Source: Hemiscyllium ocellatum
Taxonomy: Eukaryota
NCBI RefSeq assembly: GCF_020745735.1
Contig: NC_083409.1
Span: forward strand, 14,254,760-14,318,759
Direction of reading: 5' to 3'
Length of the DNA stretch: 64,000 nt
Part shown: piece after piece, positions 1 through 10,997 of the stretch
Position numbering within the stretch: position 1 is the stretch's first letter
Layout of the letters: every line of letters starts with the position of its first letter
Made by a program: the position numbers and the translations under genes
Notes under the pieces: generated by a model
What the model was told of the DNA's origin: nothing
Database searches by the model: none
The model's input: the letters and a program-made list of their open reading frames with translations, nothing else

Positions 1-124
1 GCAGGATAGAGGGCAATAGGTAGCCGTCTGGAAAGTGGAGAGGAGGTTAAGTTCAGCCATGATCATGTTAAATAGGAAACGGGTTTGATTACCTATTCCT
101 GCTCCTCATTCCGAAGTTCAATCT

Positions 125-480
125 TGCAATGAGATCCTTGTTTACTGGTCTGTATTGGAGGATCCATTCACAAAGAGTCACATCTTTACTGGTCTGTATT
201 GGAGGAGCCAGTTTGAAGCTCGTCTATATTTACTGGTCTGCACTGGAGAGTTCAAAGAAATGGAGGCCTTTCTCTCCTGGTTTCTATTGGAGGGCCCAGT
301 AGGAATAAGGTCCATGTTAACTAGGCTCTGCTCGAGTATTCAGTGGGAAATAGATCCATATTTACTGGTCTCCATTGGAGGCTCCAGCGGCAAAGATGCC
401 TATGTTTAATGGTCTCTACTGGAGAGTTCTGTGGGAATGAATTCCATGCTTACTGGTCTCCACTGGACAGTCCAGTGGGA
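125..480. repeat. Degenerate 44-bp tandem repeat, about 8 units
   Basis: Core TACTGGTC or a variant recurs at 143, 187, 231, 275, 319, 363, 407 and 451, a constant 44-bp period. Confidence 0.85.
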
Positions 481-949
481 CATGGATACTGTAGTGAGTG
501 TGGGGCTCATTTCCTTTCTGTAGTAACTGTGTGATGGTCCAATCCTCATACCAATAAAACTGGAGCTTGACCATGGAAGGGAAAGGTGAGGGGAAAGGAT
601 TGGAACATGTTGTGAATGGATAGGATGGGTCAATGGGTCAGATCCTGTCCTATCCCTCCAGGTCATACTGATGGCCTGAGGATCTCCTCCCTCTGCTGGG
701 CTTTCATGGAATGAGGTTTGTGTCCAAACCAGTCCCCAGGAAGAATGGGCCAACAGCACAGAATTGCCCTTCATTTGACAAGAATCTGACCGTCTTCCTG
801 AGAGAGGCCAAACCCTGGTCAATGTGGGAAATGGGCCTTTATTCCAGGAGTAGACATACTCCTGGTGTCAAGGGTTAACATCCATTAGATTTGGAGGAGA
901 TATAACCTGTATTTAACTTTTACCACTTGGGACCTTGTTGGAAAGGCAG

Positions 950-958
950 AGAGTGTGC

Positions 959-994
<36 letters not shown>

Positions 995-1260
995 ATGTTG
1001 ACGAGAGAGACATAGAAGGGCAGGGTGTGAAAGTGAGAGAGAGCAGGATAAAGAATCTCAGGCAGTGTAAGATGAGTAAAAGCGGGGGGAGAGAGAGAGG
1101 TAGAGAGAGGTAGAGATGGTGGAGTTGAAGAATAGAGATAGAGCGAGATAGAGTATGAGACAGTGTGACTGAGAGAGAGGGGACAGAGAGAGAGACAGAC
1201 AGACAGAGTAGGTGTGAGACAAAGAGTAGAGGCAATCCAGTGAAAGAGAGAGACAGACGT
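950..1260. repeat. (GT)n/(GA)n microsatellite and GA-rich low-complexity tract
   Basis: Runs of gtgtgt, gagaga and gagagacaga. Confidence 0.9.
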
Positions 1261-1267
1261 GCAGAGA

Positions 1268-1520
1268 TGTTCTGGTCACCATATTATGAGAAAGATATGA
1301 CTGTACTCGAGATGGTGCAAAGATTTCCCAGGATGCTGCCTGGCCTGGAGGGTGTGAGCTATGAGGAAGGATTGGAAAGTTTGGGATTGTTTCTCTTGGA
1401 GCAGTGAAGGTTGAGAGGGAACCTGCTGAAGGGCAAAAAGATTATGAGAGGCAGGGATAGAGTGGACAGGAAGGCAACTTTTTCCATGAATAGAGGGATC
1501 AATATCCAGGGACAGAGATT
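1268..1520 (+). mobile_element. CR1-clade LINE 3' fragment (C-terminal part of RT ORF2)
   Basis: Translation WSPYYEKDMTVLEMVQRFPRMLPGLEGVSYEEGLESLGLFLLEQ resembles the CR1 ORF2 C-terminal motif (WSP..KKD...LE.VQRR.TR...GL...SYEERL..LGLFSLE). Confidence 0.85.
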
Positions 1521-1563
1521 GGAGATTACACAGACATACAAAGATAGAAATAGAGAGCAGGAG

Positions 1564-1604
1564 TAGGGTTAGGTTTAGGGTTAGGGTTAGGGTTAGGGTT
1601 AGGG
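1564..1604 (+). repeat. Short interstitial telomeric repeat, (TTAGGG)5 plus one variant and one partial unit, inside a minus-strand CR1 3' tail (about 1530-1665)
   Basis: Five perfect TTAGGG at 1575-1604, preceded by TTAGGT and TAGGG. The flanks gcaggagtagg and attggccctgtgag match the CR1 tail also seen near 14410. Confidence 0.9.
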
Positions 1605-1739
1605 ATTGGCCCTGTGAGTCTGTTCTGCCATTCAATATGACCATGGCTGATCCTCTCCCTCAATGCCAAGCTGGGATTGATGTTGCTAGATCATTGATGA
1701 TCAGTAGAGACTTGTTAAATGCTGTTCATGTCATTGAAC

Positions 1740-2228
1740 TTTTGATTGAGAGAGACACAGAAGACACACACAGACAGAGAGAGAGAGCAAGTGGACATTG
1801 TGAGATTGAGTGAGAGAGGGCGAGGCATTTAATTGCTGCCCCAGGACTCACTGTTCCAATGTCCTGGAATAATGCCTGCTAGAGAGTGACTGGAGGGAGG
1901 GAAACAGACAAAGAGAGAGTGAGGCAATTAGAGATTGAGGGTATAAGGAGAGAATGAGTGAGGAATTAGGTAGTAATATAAGTGAAGGAGAAGAATGAAT
2001 GATCAGAAAGAGAGAGAGAGAGAGACCAACCAAAACAGAAGGGAGGGAGATAAACAGAATGTCAAACATACATGGAAAAAAGGAAAGATATAAGTAGTTA
2101 TATAATTGGGAGAGGACAGAGTTGGAGACGGAAATAGAAAAAGAGAGAGAAAGTCAACGAATAACAAGAACGTATACAAGAGAAGGGTGAGAAAGAGAAA
2201 AAAGGGAAAAGGGAGAAAGAAAAGAAAG

Positions 2229-2260
<32 letters not shown>
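1740..2260. repeat. Purine-rich low-complexity tract with (GA)n runs upstream of the V promoter
   Basis: Strong A/G strand skew, with (GA)n at about 2005-2025 and 2231-2258. Confidence 0.85.
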
Positions 2261-2264
<4 letters not shown>

Positions 2265-2277
2265 AAGTGTGAGGGGC

Positions 2278-2357
2278 TGACGTGGCTCTCTCTGCCTGAT
2301 GCCATTTACATACTGAGGAACACCCAGTCAGACTCTCACAGGCTGCAGCTTTATAAA
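2278..2357 (+). promoter_or_regulatory. Ig light-chain V promoter: CRE-like TGACGT, octamer variant ATTTACAT, TATA-like TTATAAA
   Basis: TGACGT at 2278-2283, ATTTACAT at 2304-2311 (7/8 match to ATTTGCAT) and TTATAAA at 2351-2357. The leader ATG is at 2418. Confidence 0.7.
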
Positions 2358-2417
2358 GCAGAGCCCAGTGAAGGGAGAGTTTATCAGGAACCAGGCACAG
2401 GGACAGGAGCACACACC

Positions 2418-2466
2418 ATGATTACACACATCCAGCTGATCTGGCCCCTGGCATTCTGTGTCGCAG
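2418..2466 (+). CDS. IGKV: Ig kappa-type light-chain leader exon (MITHIQLIWPLAFCVA + 1 nt)
   Basis: ATG in caccATG context, 49 nt, hydrophobic. Phase-1 GT donor at 2467, and the 186-bp intron ends in a pyrimidine tract + AG at 2651-2652. Confidence 0.93.
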
Positions 2467-2652
2467 GTACAAATCTCTCTCCTTCCACCTTGAATCTTTC
2501 GCTGCTCTCCATTTCACTCCAATTCCACTGACTTGTGATTGAAGGGAAAATGCTGAAACCAGAGGAATGCTCAGTGTCTCCAACAATCTCTCATTTGACC
2601 GGCTCTTTCTGTGACAGTTCTGACTTCACTGTGTTTCTCTCTGACCCCTCAG

Positions 2653-2963
2653 GTATCAATGGGGAGATTATCATGACCCAGTCTCCCCCGGTGCTGTCAG
2701 TGGAACTGGGCCAGACTGCAACCATCACCTGTACGGCCAGTCAAAGCATTAGCAGCTACCTCAGTTGGTACCAGCAGCGAGAAGGTCAGAAACCCTCTCT
2801 CCTGATCTATGCTGCAACATCTCGATTCACAGGAGTCTCCGAGCGATTCACCGGCAGTGGATCAGGGACCAGTTACACCCTGACAATCAGCAACGTTCAG
2901 AGTGAGGATGTCGCTGACTATTACTGTCAGCAGGATTACAGCTGGTATAGCAGCTCCGCTCAA
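2653..2963 (+). CDS. IGKV: Ig kappa-type (type III, NS4-like) V segment, germline and unrearranged
   Basis: [104 protein letters not shown]. Both conserved Cys, WYQQ and DYYC are present, the frame is open, and an RSS follows directly. Confidence 0.97.
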
Positions 2964-2991
2964 CACAGTGATACAGAGCCATACCAAAACC
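2964..2991 (+). promoter_or_regulatory. 12-bp-spacer recombination signal sequence of V
   Basis: CACAGTG (2964-2970) + atacagagccat (12 nt) + ACCAAAACC (2983-2991, 8/9 consensus). Confidence 0.97.
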
Positions 2992-3423
2992 TCAAGACAC
3001 ACAGCACCACCTCATGCACTGACACATCAATCAGTTATATAAAATGTATAATAATGGACACACAGTCCCACAGCCTGAACTGACACATCCACAATTAGAT
3101 ACAAATGAAACTGAACAAATTACCCCATGCTGGGATTGTAACTGTCCATGACACACTCCAGTCCCTGTGGTGTCCACCGCTCACTGAAGGCCTCAAGTTT
3201 CCCTCTGACACTCCATGACCACGCGTGAAGAACAGCTGCAAGATTTAATATCGAAAAATAAATTTCACAAAGCTCCCAAGCCCAGCTGGACACAGAGAGA
3301 GATGGAGACAGAAAGACACATGAATGAGGGAGAGACAGAGAGGGGCAGAAAGAAGTTGAGAGTGAACGAGAGACTGGGAGACAGGGAGAGGTTGAGAGTG
3401 ATGGGGGGGAAGCAGAGAGCAGA

Positions 3424-3462
3424 GGTTTTTGTACAGCCTCTGCACTGGGAACTCTCACTGTG
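3424..3462 (-). promoter_or_regulatory. 23-bp-spacer recombination signal sequence of J
   Basis: GGTTTTTGT (3424-3432) + 23 nt + CACTGTG (3456-3462), both perfect consensus. Confidence 0.98.
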
Positions 3463-3497
3463 GGACACGTTCGGTAAAGGAACCAAGCTCAGACTGA
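3463..3497 (+). CDS. IGKJ: Ig kappa-type J segment (DTFGKGTKLRL + 1 nt)
   Basis: FGxG motif, phase-1 donor A|GTAAGT at 3498, in frame with the C exon acceptor. Confidence 0.97.
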
Positions 3498-3870
3498 GTA
3501 AGTAAACCTCAATCCTCTGTTATTAACCCTTTCAATACTGAAACACACTTTCTAAAATACAGTTACTGATTTGTTGAAGGTGTTAGTGGGGAGCTGCAGT
3601 GAACGAAATGGTTGATTAAGGAGCACTGTGTCTAACAGTTGTCCAACCGTACCACTTCAGTTCCATTGCCCCCTTTAAGAAGCAAGATATAAGTCAGTCA
3701 GTTTTACTCACCGTGTGGAGGAGCTCTGTCCATTTGCAGCCTGTGGTCCCATTCCTGCAGCATGGAGTGAAATCAGTGAGTAGCCTCCTGCCAGTCTCAG
3801 TGTGACGGACACGGGGCAGAGTTTGATGTGAGCTCTGGCTCCCTGTCCCAGTCTCTGATCTCACTGACCT

Positions 3871-3900
<30 letters not shown>
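3871..3900. repeat. (CAG)10 microsatellite
   Basis: Ten perfect CAG units. Confidence 0.95.
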
Positions 3901-3902
<2 letters not shown>

Positions 3903-3954
3903 CAGTGAGACACCGAGCTCCCACCTCCCCCAGCTTTAACTCTGCTCAATCACA

Positions 3955-6350
3955 CAATCACAGAATAGTTACAGTGCACAAGGAGGCCATTCCGTCCATC
4001 CTGTCTGTCATGGTTCTCCGACTGAGCAATTCACTGAGTGTCATTCTCCTGCCTTCTCCCTGTCACCCTGCACATTGTTCCTTTTCAAATAACAGTCTCA
4101 TTCCCTTCGGAATGTTTTAATTGAAGCTGCCTCCACCACACTCTTAGGCAGTGCATTCCACACCTTAACCACTCACTGGCTGAAAATGTTGTTCCCCCTC
4201 TCACTTTTGTTACTTTTACTTATTACTTTAAATCTGTGTTCTCTCGGTCTCAATCCTTTCTCAATTGGGAACATTTTCTCCCTATTTACCCTGTCCAGGC
4301 CCCTCCTGGTTTTAATTCCTCAAACAAATCTCCTCTCAGCCTTCGCCAAAGAAGACAGTCCCAAATTCTCCAATCAATCTGTATAACTGATGTTCCTCAT
4401 CCCTGGAAGGATCTTCAGGAATATTTTTTGCCATTTCTACAAAACTTCAGCTCCTTCCTGAATTATTCACATTTTCTATGACCCTCATGATTTTATAAAC
4501 CTTTACAAGGTCACTCCTCAGACTCTTACGTGTCAGAATAAAAAGTTTCAGCTTTTCCAGCTTCTCATCGTCATGGAGTCATACAGCGTGGAAACAGACC
4601 TTTCAGTTCAACTTGTCCATACTAACCAGATATCCTAAATCACCTCATCCCATTTGCCAGCATTTTGCTTACATTCCTCAAAACCCTTCCGATTCATGTA
4701 CCCATCCCAATGCGTTTTAAATGCTGTAATAGTATCTGCCTCCAATACTTACTCTGGCAGCTCGATCCAGACACATACCACCCTCTGTGTGACAAGTTAC
4801 CCCTCAGGTCCCTTTTGAATATTTTGCCTCTCACCTTAAACCTATGCCATCTTGTTTTGGACTCCCTTTCCCAAAGAAAAGGCCTTGGATATACACCCTG
4901 TCCATGCCCCTCATGATTGTATAAACATCTATAAGGTCACCCCGAAGCCTTAGATGCTGTAGGAAAAATAGACCCAGTTTCTTCAGCCTTTCCCTATAGC
5001 TCAAACCCTCCAATTCCTGGCCATGTCCTTGTAAATCTTTTCTGCAGCTTTATAAGTTTAACAGCATCCTTCCTATTTTCAAGGTGATCAGGATTGTTCA
5101 CATTATTGCCAAAGTGGCCTCACTAATCTCCTGTACAGCTGCAACATGATGTCCCAACTCCTATACTCAAAATAGTGACCAATAAAAGCAAGTGTACCCA
5201 ACACCTTCTTCATCACCCTGTCTACTTGTGACCCCACTTTCAAGTAATAATGCACTTGCATCTTCAATCCGAGGTCTCTTTGTTCAGCAACACTCCACAG
5301 GGCCCTCCCATTAACTGTCTAACTCCTGCCCTGGGTTGCCTTTCCAAAATGCAACATCTCACAGTTATCTAAACTGAACTCCATATGCTACACCTCTGCC
5401 CATTGCCCCATCTGATGAAGGTCCCGCTGTACTCTGAGATGAATTTCTTCGCTATCCACTATCGTACCAATTTAGATATCATCTACAAACTTACTGTAAC
5501 TCCTATATTCACATCCAAATCATTTCTATAAAATAGTGAATCCAGCACCAATGTTAGTGGCACACAGCTATTCACAGATCTCCAGTCTGAAAAGCAACCT
5601 TTTACCACCACTCCTGTCTCCTATCTTCAATCCAATTTTTTTATCCCAATGGCTCACTCCCCCTGGATCCCATGTGGTCTAACCTTACTAACCAGTCTAT
5701 CATGTGGAACCTTGTCAAAAACTTTACTGAAGTCCATATTGACAATGTCTATTGTTCTATCTCCATAAATCTTCTTTGTCACCTCCTCAATCAAATTCAG
5801 GAGACATGATTTCCTATGCATAAAACCACATTGATTATCCAAAGAATGTAAATCCTATCCCACAGAATCCACTCCAACATCTTACCCAACACTGACATCA
5901 GGCTCACTGGTCTATAATTCCCTGGCTTTTCCTTACAGTCTTTCTTTCTTAAATAATGGCATAACATTAGCCAACCTCTCTGGTTCTCCAGCACCTTACC
6001 CATAGTTGTCAGTGATACACATATCTCAGTAAGGGGCCCAGCAATCTCTTCCCTAGTTTGCCACAATGTTCTGGGATACACCTGATCAGGTCCTAGGGTT
6101 TATCTACTACTTTTATGTGTTTTCAGATCTTGAGCGTCTCCTCATTTGTGTGTGGTCTCTTTTCAAGACATCACTATTTTTCCAAATTCCCTAGCTTTCT
6201 CCACAATATATACTGACCTGAAATATTTGTTTGGGATCTCACCCATGTCTTGTGTCTTACCAAAATATAGCACTCACATGTATCTGAATTAAACTCCATC
6301 TGCCATTCCTCAGCCCACTGGCCCAGTTGATCAAGATTCCATTGTATTCT
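3955..6350 (-). mobile_element. CR1-clade LINE fragments (RT and 3' ends)
   Basis: Minus-strand motifs NYRPVSLMSVLGKMLE, QCGFMHRKSCLLNL, MDFSKVFDKVPH and GLSYRERLKKLGLF, broken by stops and frameshifts. Confidence 0.88.
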
Positions 6351-6377
6351 TAGACAGCCTTCTTCACTGCCAATGAT

Positions 6378-6692
6378 TAGATTAGAGCCTCTACGGGGTC
6401 GAAACAGGCCCTTCTGCCCAAAAAGTCCTCACCGATCCTCCGAAGAGTAACCCACCCAGACCCATTTCCCTCTCAGTAATGCATCTAACACTGTGGGCAA
6501 TTTAGCATGGCCAATTCACCTGACCTGAACATCTTTGGACCATGGGAGTAAACCAGAACACCCGGAGGAAACCCACGCAGACACAGGGAGAATGTGCAAA
6601 CTCCACACAGACAGTTACCCAAGGCTGGAATCGAACCTGTGACCCTAGCTCTGAGAGGCTGCAGTGCTACCCACTGAGCCACCGTGCTGCCC
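6378..6692 (-). mobile_element. tRNA-derived shark SINE (HE1/V-SINE type)
   Basis: Reverse-complemented head with Pol III box A/B, central GGAGTTTGCAC..CTCCC.GTGTCTGCGTGGGTTTCCTCCGGGTG domain and a TAATC-type tail. Confidence 0.9.
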
Positions 6693-6959
6693 CACCTGAG
6701 CCACCACTGAGCCACCGATGCCACCTGAAAATTCACCTGAACACACTCTCACAACTCTGGGCCCTTCCTGCCCATTACACTGCTACTATCCCAGTCTATA
6801 TTCAGAAGCTAAAGACCGCCCCGCCCATTTATAACAACTCTATCATATTTGCAGGTCTCTGTAAATTCATGCATTTGTATTCTTCCACATCCTTCCCACT
6901 GGGAGGTGACTTATTGACTGAACTGAGGATTCTGTGTTCCTTTGTGTTCCTCTTTGACA

Positions 6960-7800
6960 TTCTCTCCTGGTTCGCACAGCCCTGCCAAGTTAGTTTAAAC
7001 CCTCTCTAACTGCATGAGTAAACCACCTCACAAAAATCCAAAGACCTCCCTCATGGATCCTCTTTCCAGCCCCACAGTCACCTGTGCTCACCTCCTGATT
7101 CTATTCTCACCTGCATGTAGCACTGGAAGTCATCCGGAGATTCCTCCTTTTCAGTTCCTGCTGCTAATTCCCTCCAGAGCTCCCAACCTTCTGACTGCAG
7201 GACCACGTTCCTTTTTCTCCATCCATCACTGGGACCAATGTGGACTATGACTGCTGGCTGTTCCCCCTCTCCCCTCAGGGTGCTCTGCAGCCGCTCAGTG
7301 ACATCCTTGACCTTGGCATCAGAGAGACAACACACCATCCTGGATTCCCATCTGCAGCTGCAGAAACACCTATCGATGCCCTCACTCTCAAATATCCTCT
7401 CACTATCGCTCTTCCAGTTTTCCTTCTGCCCTCCTGTATAGCTGAGCCCCCCCCCCCACCGTGGTGCCAGGGACTTGGCTCTGGCTGCACTCCCCAGATG
7501 AACCATCATTCTCATCAGGATTCTGAACTGAATCCTAGTTGGAGAGTGGGAGGCACTCAGGGATTCCTGTACTAGCTGCCTGGTCCTTTTGGACTGTCTG
7601 CTGCTCCCCCATTCCCTCTCTCCCTGCATACTCTGAAGGTGCAGAGTGACCACATCTAGAAACGTGCTCTCCACGGAGCTCTCAGCCTCACAGATGCTCT
7701 CCACTGACACCAGCTGCTGCTCAAGCTCCAGAACCTGGAGCTCCAACTGCTGTCACTGACCACACTTCCTGCACTCATGGTATTCCAGGAGCTGGGAAGC
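6960..7800 (-). mobile_element. CR1 ORF1 remnant (coiled coil + SGNH esterase-like domain)
   Basis: ORF 7078-7746 contains MVCCLSDAKVKDVTERLQSTLRGEGEQPAVIVHIG, resembling the CCLPGA.V.DV..R.......EGEQP.V.VHIG esterase motif. Confidence 0.75.
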
Positions 7801-8740
7801 ATTCTGAAGTTCCCACCTAAATGCACACTCTCTCCACTCTTTGGTTATCTGTTGATAAACAGCTACAGCAGGGCTCACAGTCCAGTAAGTTCAGTGTTCC
7901 AGGGTTTTGGGAAACTCTCCAGAAGACTTTAAGAAATAGGAGCAGAAATCAGCCATTCAGCCCATTGAATCTGCTCTGCAATTTGATCTTGGCAGATATG
8001 CTTCTCAACCCCATTCTCCTGCCTACTCCACAGGAATTTTCCATCCCCTTAACAATCACAAACCTATCTATCCCTGTCTTAAATACACTCAGTGACTTGG
8101 CCTCCACTGCCCTCTGCAGCAATAAGTTCAACAGATTCACCACCCTCTGGCTGAAGAGATTCACCCTTATCTCAACTCTAAAGAGTCGGCCCTTCATTCT
8201 GAGGCTGTGCCTTGGTTACCGAGTCTCTCCTGTTTTTGGAAACATCTTCTCTGCATCCACTCTATCCAGGCCTGTCAGTATTCTGGAAATTTCAATAAGA
8301 TCCCTCTTCATCCTTCTAAAGTCCATTGAGTACAGACCCAGAGTCCTCAAGCACGCCTGATATGACAAGCCCTTCATTGCCAGGATCATTCTTGTAAACC
8401 CCTCCAATGCCAGTACATTGTTCTATTAAAATATGGGTCCCAAAAATGCCCACAATATTCCAAATACAGTTTGACCAGAGCCTTACACAGCCTCAGCAGT
8501 ACATCTCTGCTCTTGTATTCTGGCCCTATTGAAATGAATGCTATCATTTCATTTGCCTTCTCAAGCACAAACTGGACCTGCCTGTTAACCTGAATGAGGT
8601 TTGTGCTTTAGATTTCCAAAGGCTTTCCTCATTTAGCAAACAGTCTTTGTATTTCTTCTTGTGTTCTATCTGCTACTTCTTTGCCAACTCTCAGAGCCTA
8701 TTAGGACCTTTTACAGCCTTCCCACTTCCTCAACACTACC

Positions 8741-9064
8741 TTTAGATTAGAGATTACTTTAGATTACTTACAGTGTGGAAACAGGCCCTTCGGCCCAACA
8801 AGTCCACACCGACCCACCGAAGCGAAACCCACCCATACCCCTACATTTACCCCTTACCTAACACTACGGGCAATTTACGTGGCCAATTCACCTGACCCGC
8901 ACATCTTTGGACTGTGGGAGGAAACCGGAGCACCCGGAGGAAACCCACGCAGACACGGGGAGAACGTGCAAACTCCTCACAGTCAGTCGCCTGAGTTGGG
9001 AATTGAACCCAGGTCTCTGGCGCTGTGAGGCAGCACTGCTAACCACTGTGCCACCGTGCCGCCC
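8741..9064 (-). mobile_element. HE1/V-SINE-type SINE nested in CR1
   Basis: Full-length, close to the copy at 50110-50456. Confidence 0.93.
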
Positions 9065-9463
9065 CTCCTGTCCCTCCACCTATCTCATGTTGTCTGCAAA
9101 CTTAGCAACAATGTCTTCACTTCCTTCATCCAGATTGTTAATGTATAACGTGAATAGTTATTGTCCCAACATTGACACCTGCAGAACTCTACCAGTCACC
9201 AGCTGCCATCTTTCCTCACTCTCTGCTTTATGCCAACCTGTCCGTTCTCAGTCCATGCCAGTACATTGCCCCTAACACCGTGGGCGCTTATCTTATGTCA
9301 AATACCTTCTGGAAATCAAAATACATTACTTCCTCGGACTCTCCTTTGCCTGACTGGCTCATTGCCTCCTCAAAGAATTCTAACACATTTGCCAGGCATG
9401 ACCTCCCCTTGATGAAACCGTGTTGACTCAGCCCTATTTTACCATTGCACTTCCAAGTCCACC

Positions 9464-9648
9464 GGGTGACACTGTGGCACATTGGTTAGCACTGCTGCCT
9501 CACAGCGCCAGGGACCTGGGTTCAATTCCTGCCTCAGGCGACTGACTGTGTGGAGTTTGCATGTTCTCCCCGTGTCTGTGTGGGTTTCCTCCAGGTGCTC
9601 CGGTTTCCTCCCACAGTCCAAAGATGTGCGGGTCAGGTGAATTGGCCT
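9464..9648 (+). mobile_element. HE1/V-SINE-type SINE, 3'-truncated
   Basis: Head and central domain present, tail absent. Confidence 0.88.
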
Positions 9649-10702
9649 TAGCCTTAGGCAAGGGGTATATATCCCCCATCAAATCTCCACCTCCACACCC
9701 TGACTCCATTGATTCCTGAAAGATCATCACCAATGCCTCCACAATCTCTTCAGTGATCTCCTTCAGAACACACTGGTGTAGTTCATCCAGTCTGGGGGAG
9801 TTATCCAAATTCAGACCTTCCAGCTTCCCCAGTACCTCCTCCTTACTGATGGCCACTACACGCCTGAACTGCCCCCTGACAGTCTGGAAGTACTGGTACA
9901 CTGCTGGTGTTTTCCATGGTGCAGACTGATGCAAAGTATCGATTCAATTCCTCGGCTATTCCTTCATTTCCTACTATTCTTTCTCCAAACTCATTTTCCA
10001 GTGATCCAATGTCTAGTTTTGCCTCCCTCTTCCTTTTTATATATTTGCTAAAACTCTTGCAATCTTCTTTTATATTACTGGCTAGATAACTCCCAGATTT
10101 CATCTTCTCCACCCTTAATGCTTTTTTAGTTATCCTCTATAGCTCTTTAAAGACTTCCTAATCCTCTGGCTTCCCACTATTCTCCACCACATTGGATGCT
10201 TTTTCTTTTGCTTTTATGCTGTCCTTGACCTCCCTCATCAGCCATGGTTGCCTTGTCCTCCCCTGAGAATGTTTTTTTCTTTTTTGGGATGAATTCCTAC
10301 TCTACTTCCTGAATTACCCCCAGAAACTCTGCTGTTTGCTGCCCCACCATCTTACCTGCTCGGCTCCCCTTACAACCAACTCTGGCCAGCTCCTTCCTCA
10401 TGTCTTTGCAGTTACCTTTACTCAACTGAAATACAGTTCCATCTGATTGTAGCTTCTCTCTCTCAAACTACAGGGGGAATTATGGTCACTTATCCAGAGT
10501 GATACTTTCACCTTAAACTCACTAATCATGTTTGCCTCATTCCACATCACTGAATCCAGACCTGCCTGTTCCATCATGGCTCAACCACAAGCTGCTCCAA
10601 AAACCATCTCGTAGACATTCCATGAAATCCTTTTCTTTCGATGCACTACCCAGTCCACCTATCCATTGAGGTCTACCCTGACATTTAGTTTATCCCTTTT
10701 CT

Positions 10703-10997
10703 GGGCGGCATGGTGGCACAGTGGTTAGCACTGCTGCCTCACAGCGCCTGAGACCCAGGTTCAATTCCTATCTCAGGCGACTGACTGCGTGGAGTTTGCT
10801 CATTCTCCCCATGTCTGCGTGGGTTTCCTCCCACAGTCCAAAGATGTGCAAGTCAGGTGAATTGGACATGCTAAATTGCCCGTAGTGTTAGGTAAGGGGT
10901 AAATGTAGGGGTATGGGTGGGTTGCGCTTCAGTGGGTCGGTGTGGACTTGTTGGGCTGAACAGCCTGCTTCCACACTGTAAGTAATCTAATCTAATT
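10703..10997 (+). mobile_element. HE1/V-SINE-type SINE
   Basis: Box A TGGCACAGTGG, box B GGTTCAATTCC, tail taatctaatctaat. Confidence 0.92.

Noticed and set aside
885-2531. ORFs of 100-141 aa upstream of V (S/L/F-rich or R/K/E-rich)
   Set aside because: They are translations of GA/CT microsatellites. Only 2418-2466 is a credible exon.
3901-3907. Lone CACAGTG in the J-C intron, reminiscent of the mammalian kappa intron RSS used by the kappa-deleting element
   Set aside because: No nonamer at 12 or 23 nt. The downstream CACTGTG sites I checked (24034, 26449, 32924, 33117) have no nonamer either, and several such heptamers are expected by chance in 64 kb.
3694-3924. Antisense ORF with a signal-peptide-like poly-Leu and a GTGAGT donor
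   Set aside because: It starts at GTG with no in-frame ATG before an upstream stop, and the poly-Leu is just the (CAG)10 microsatellite.
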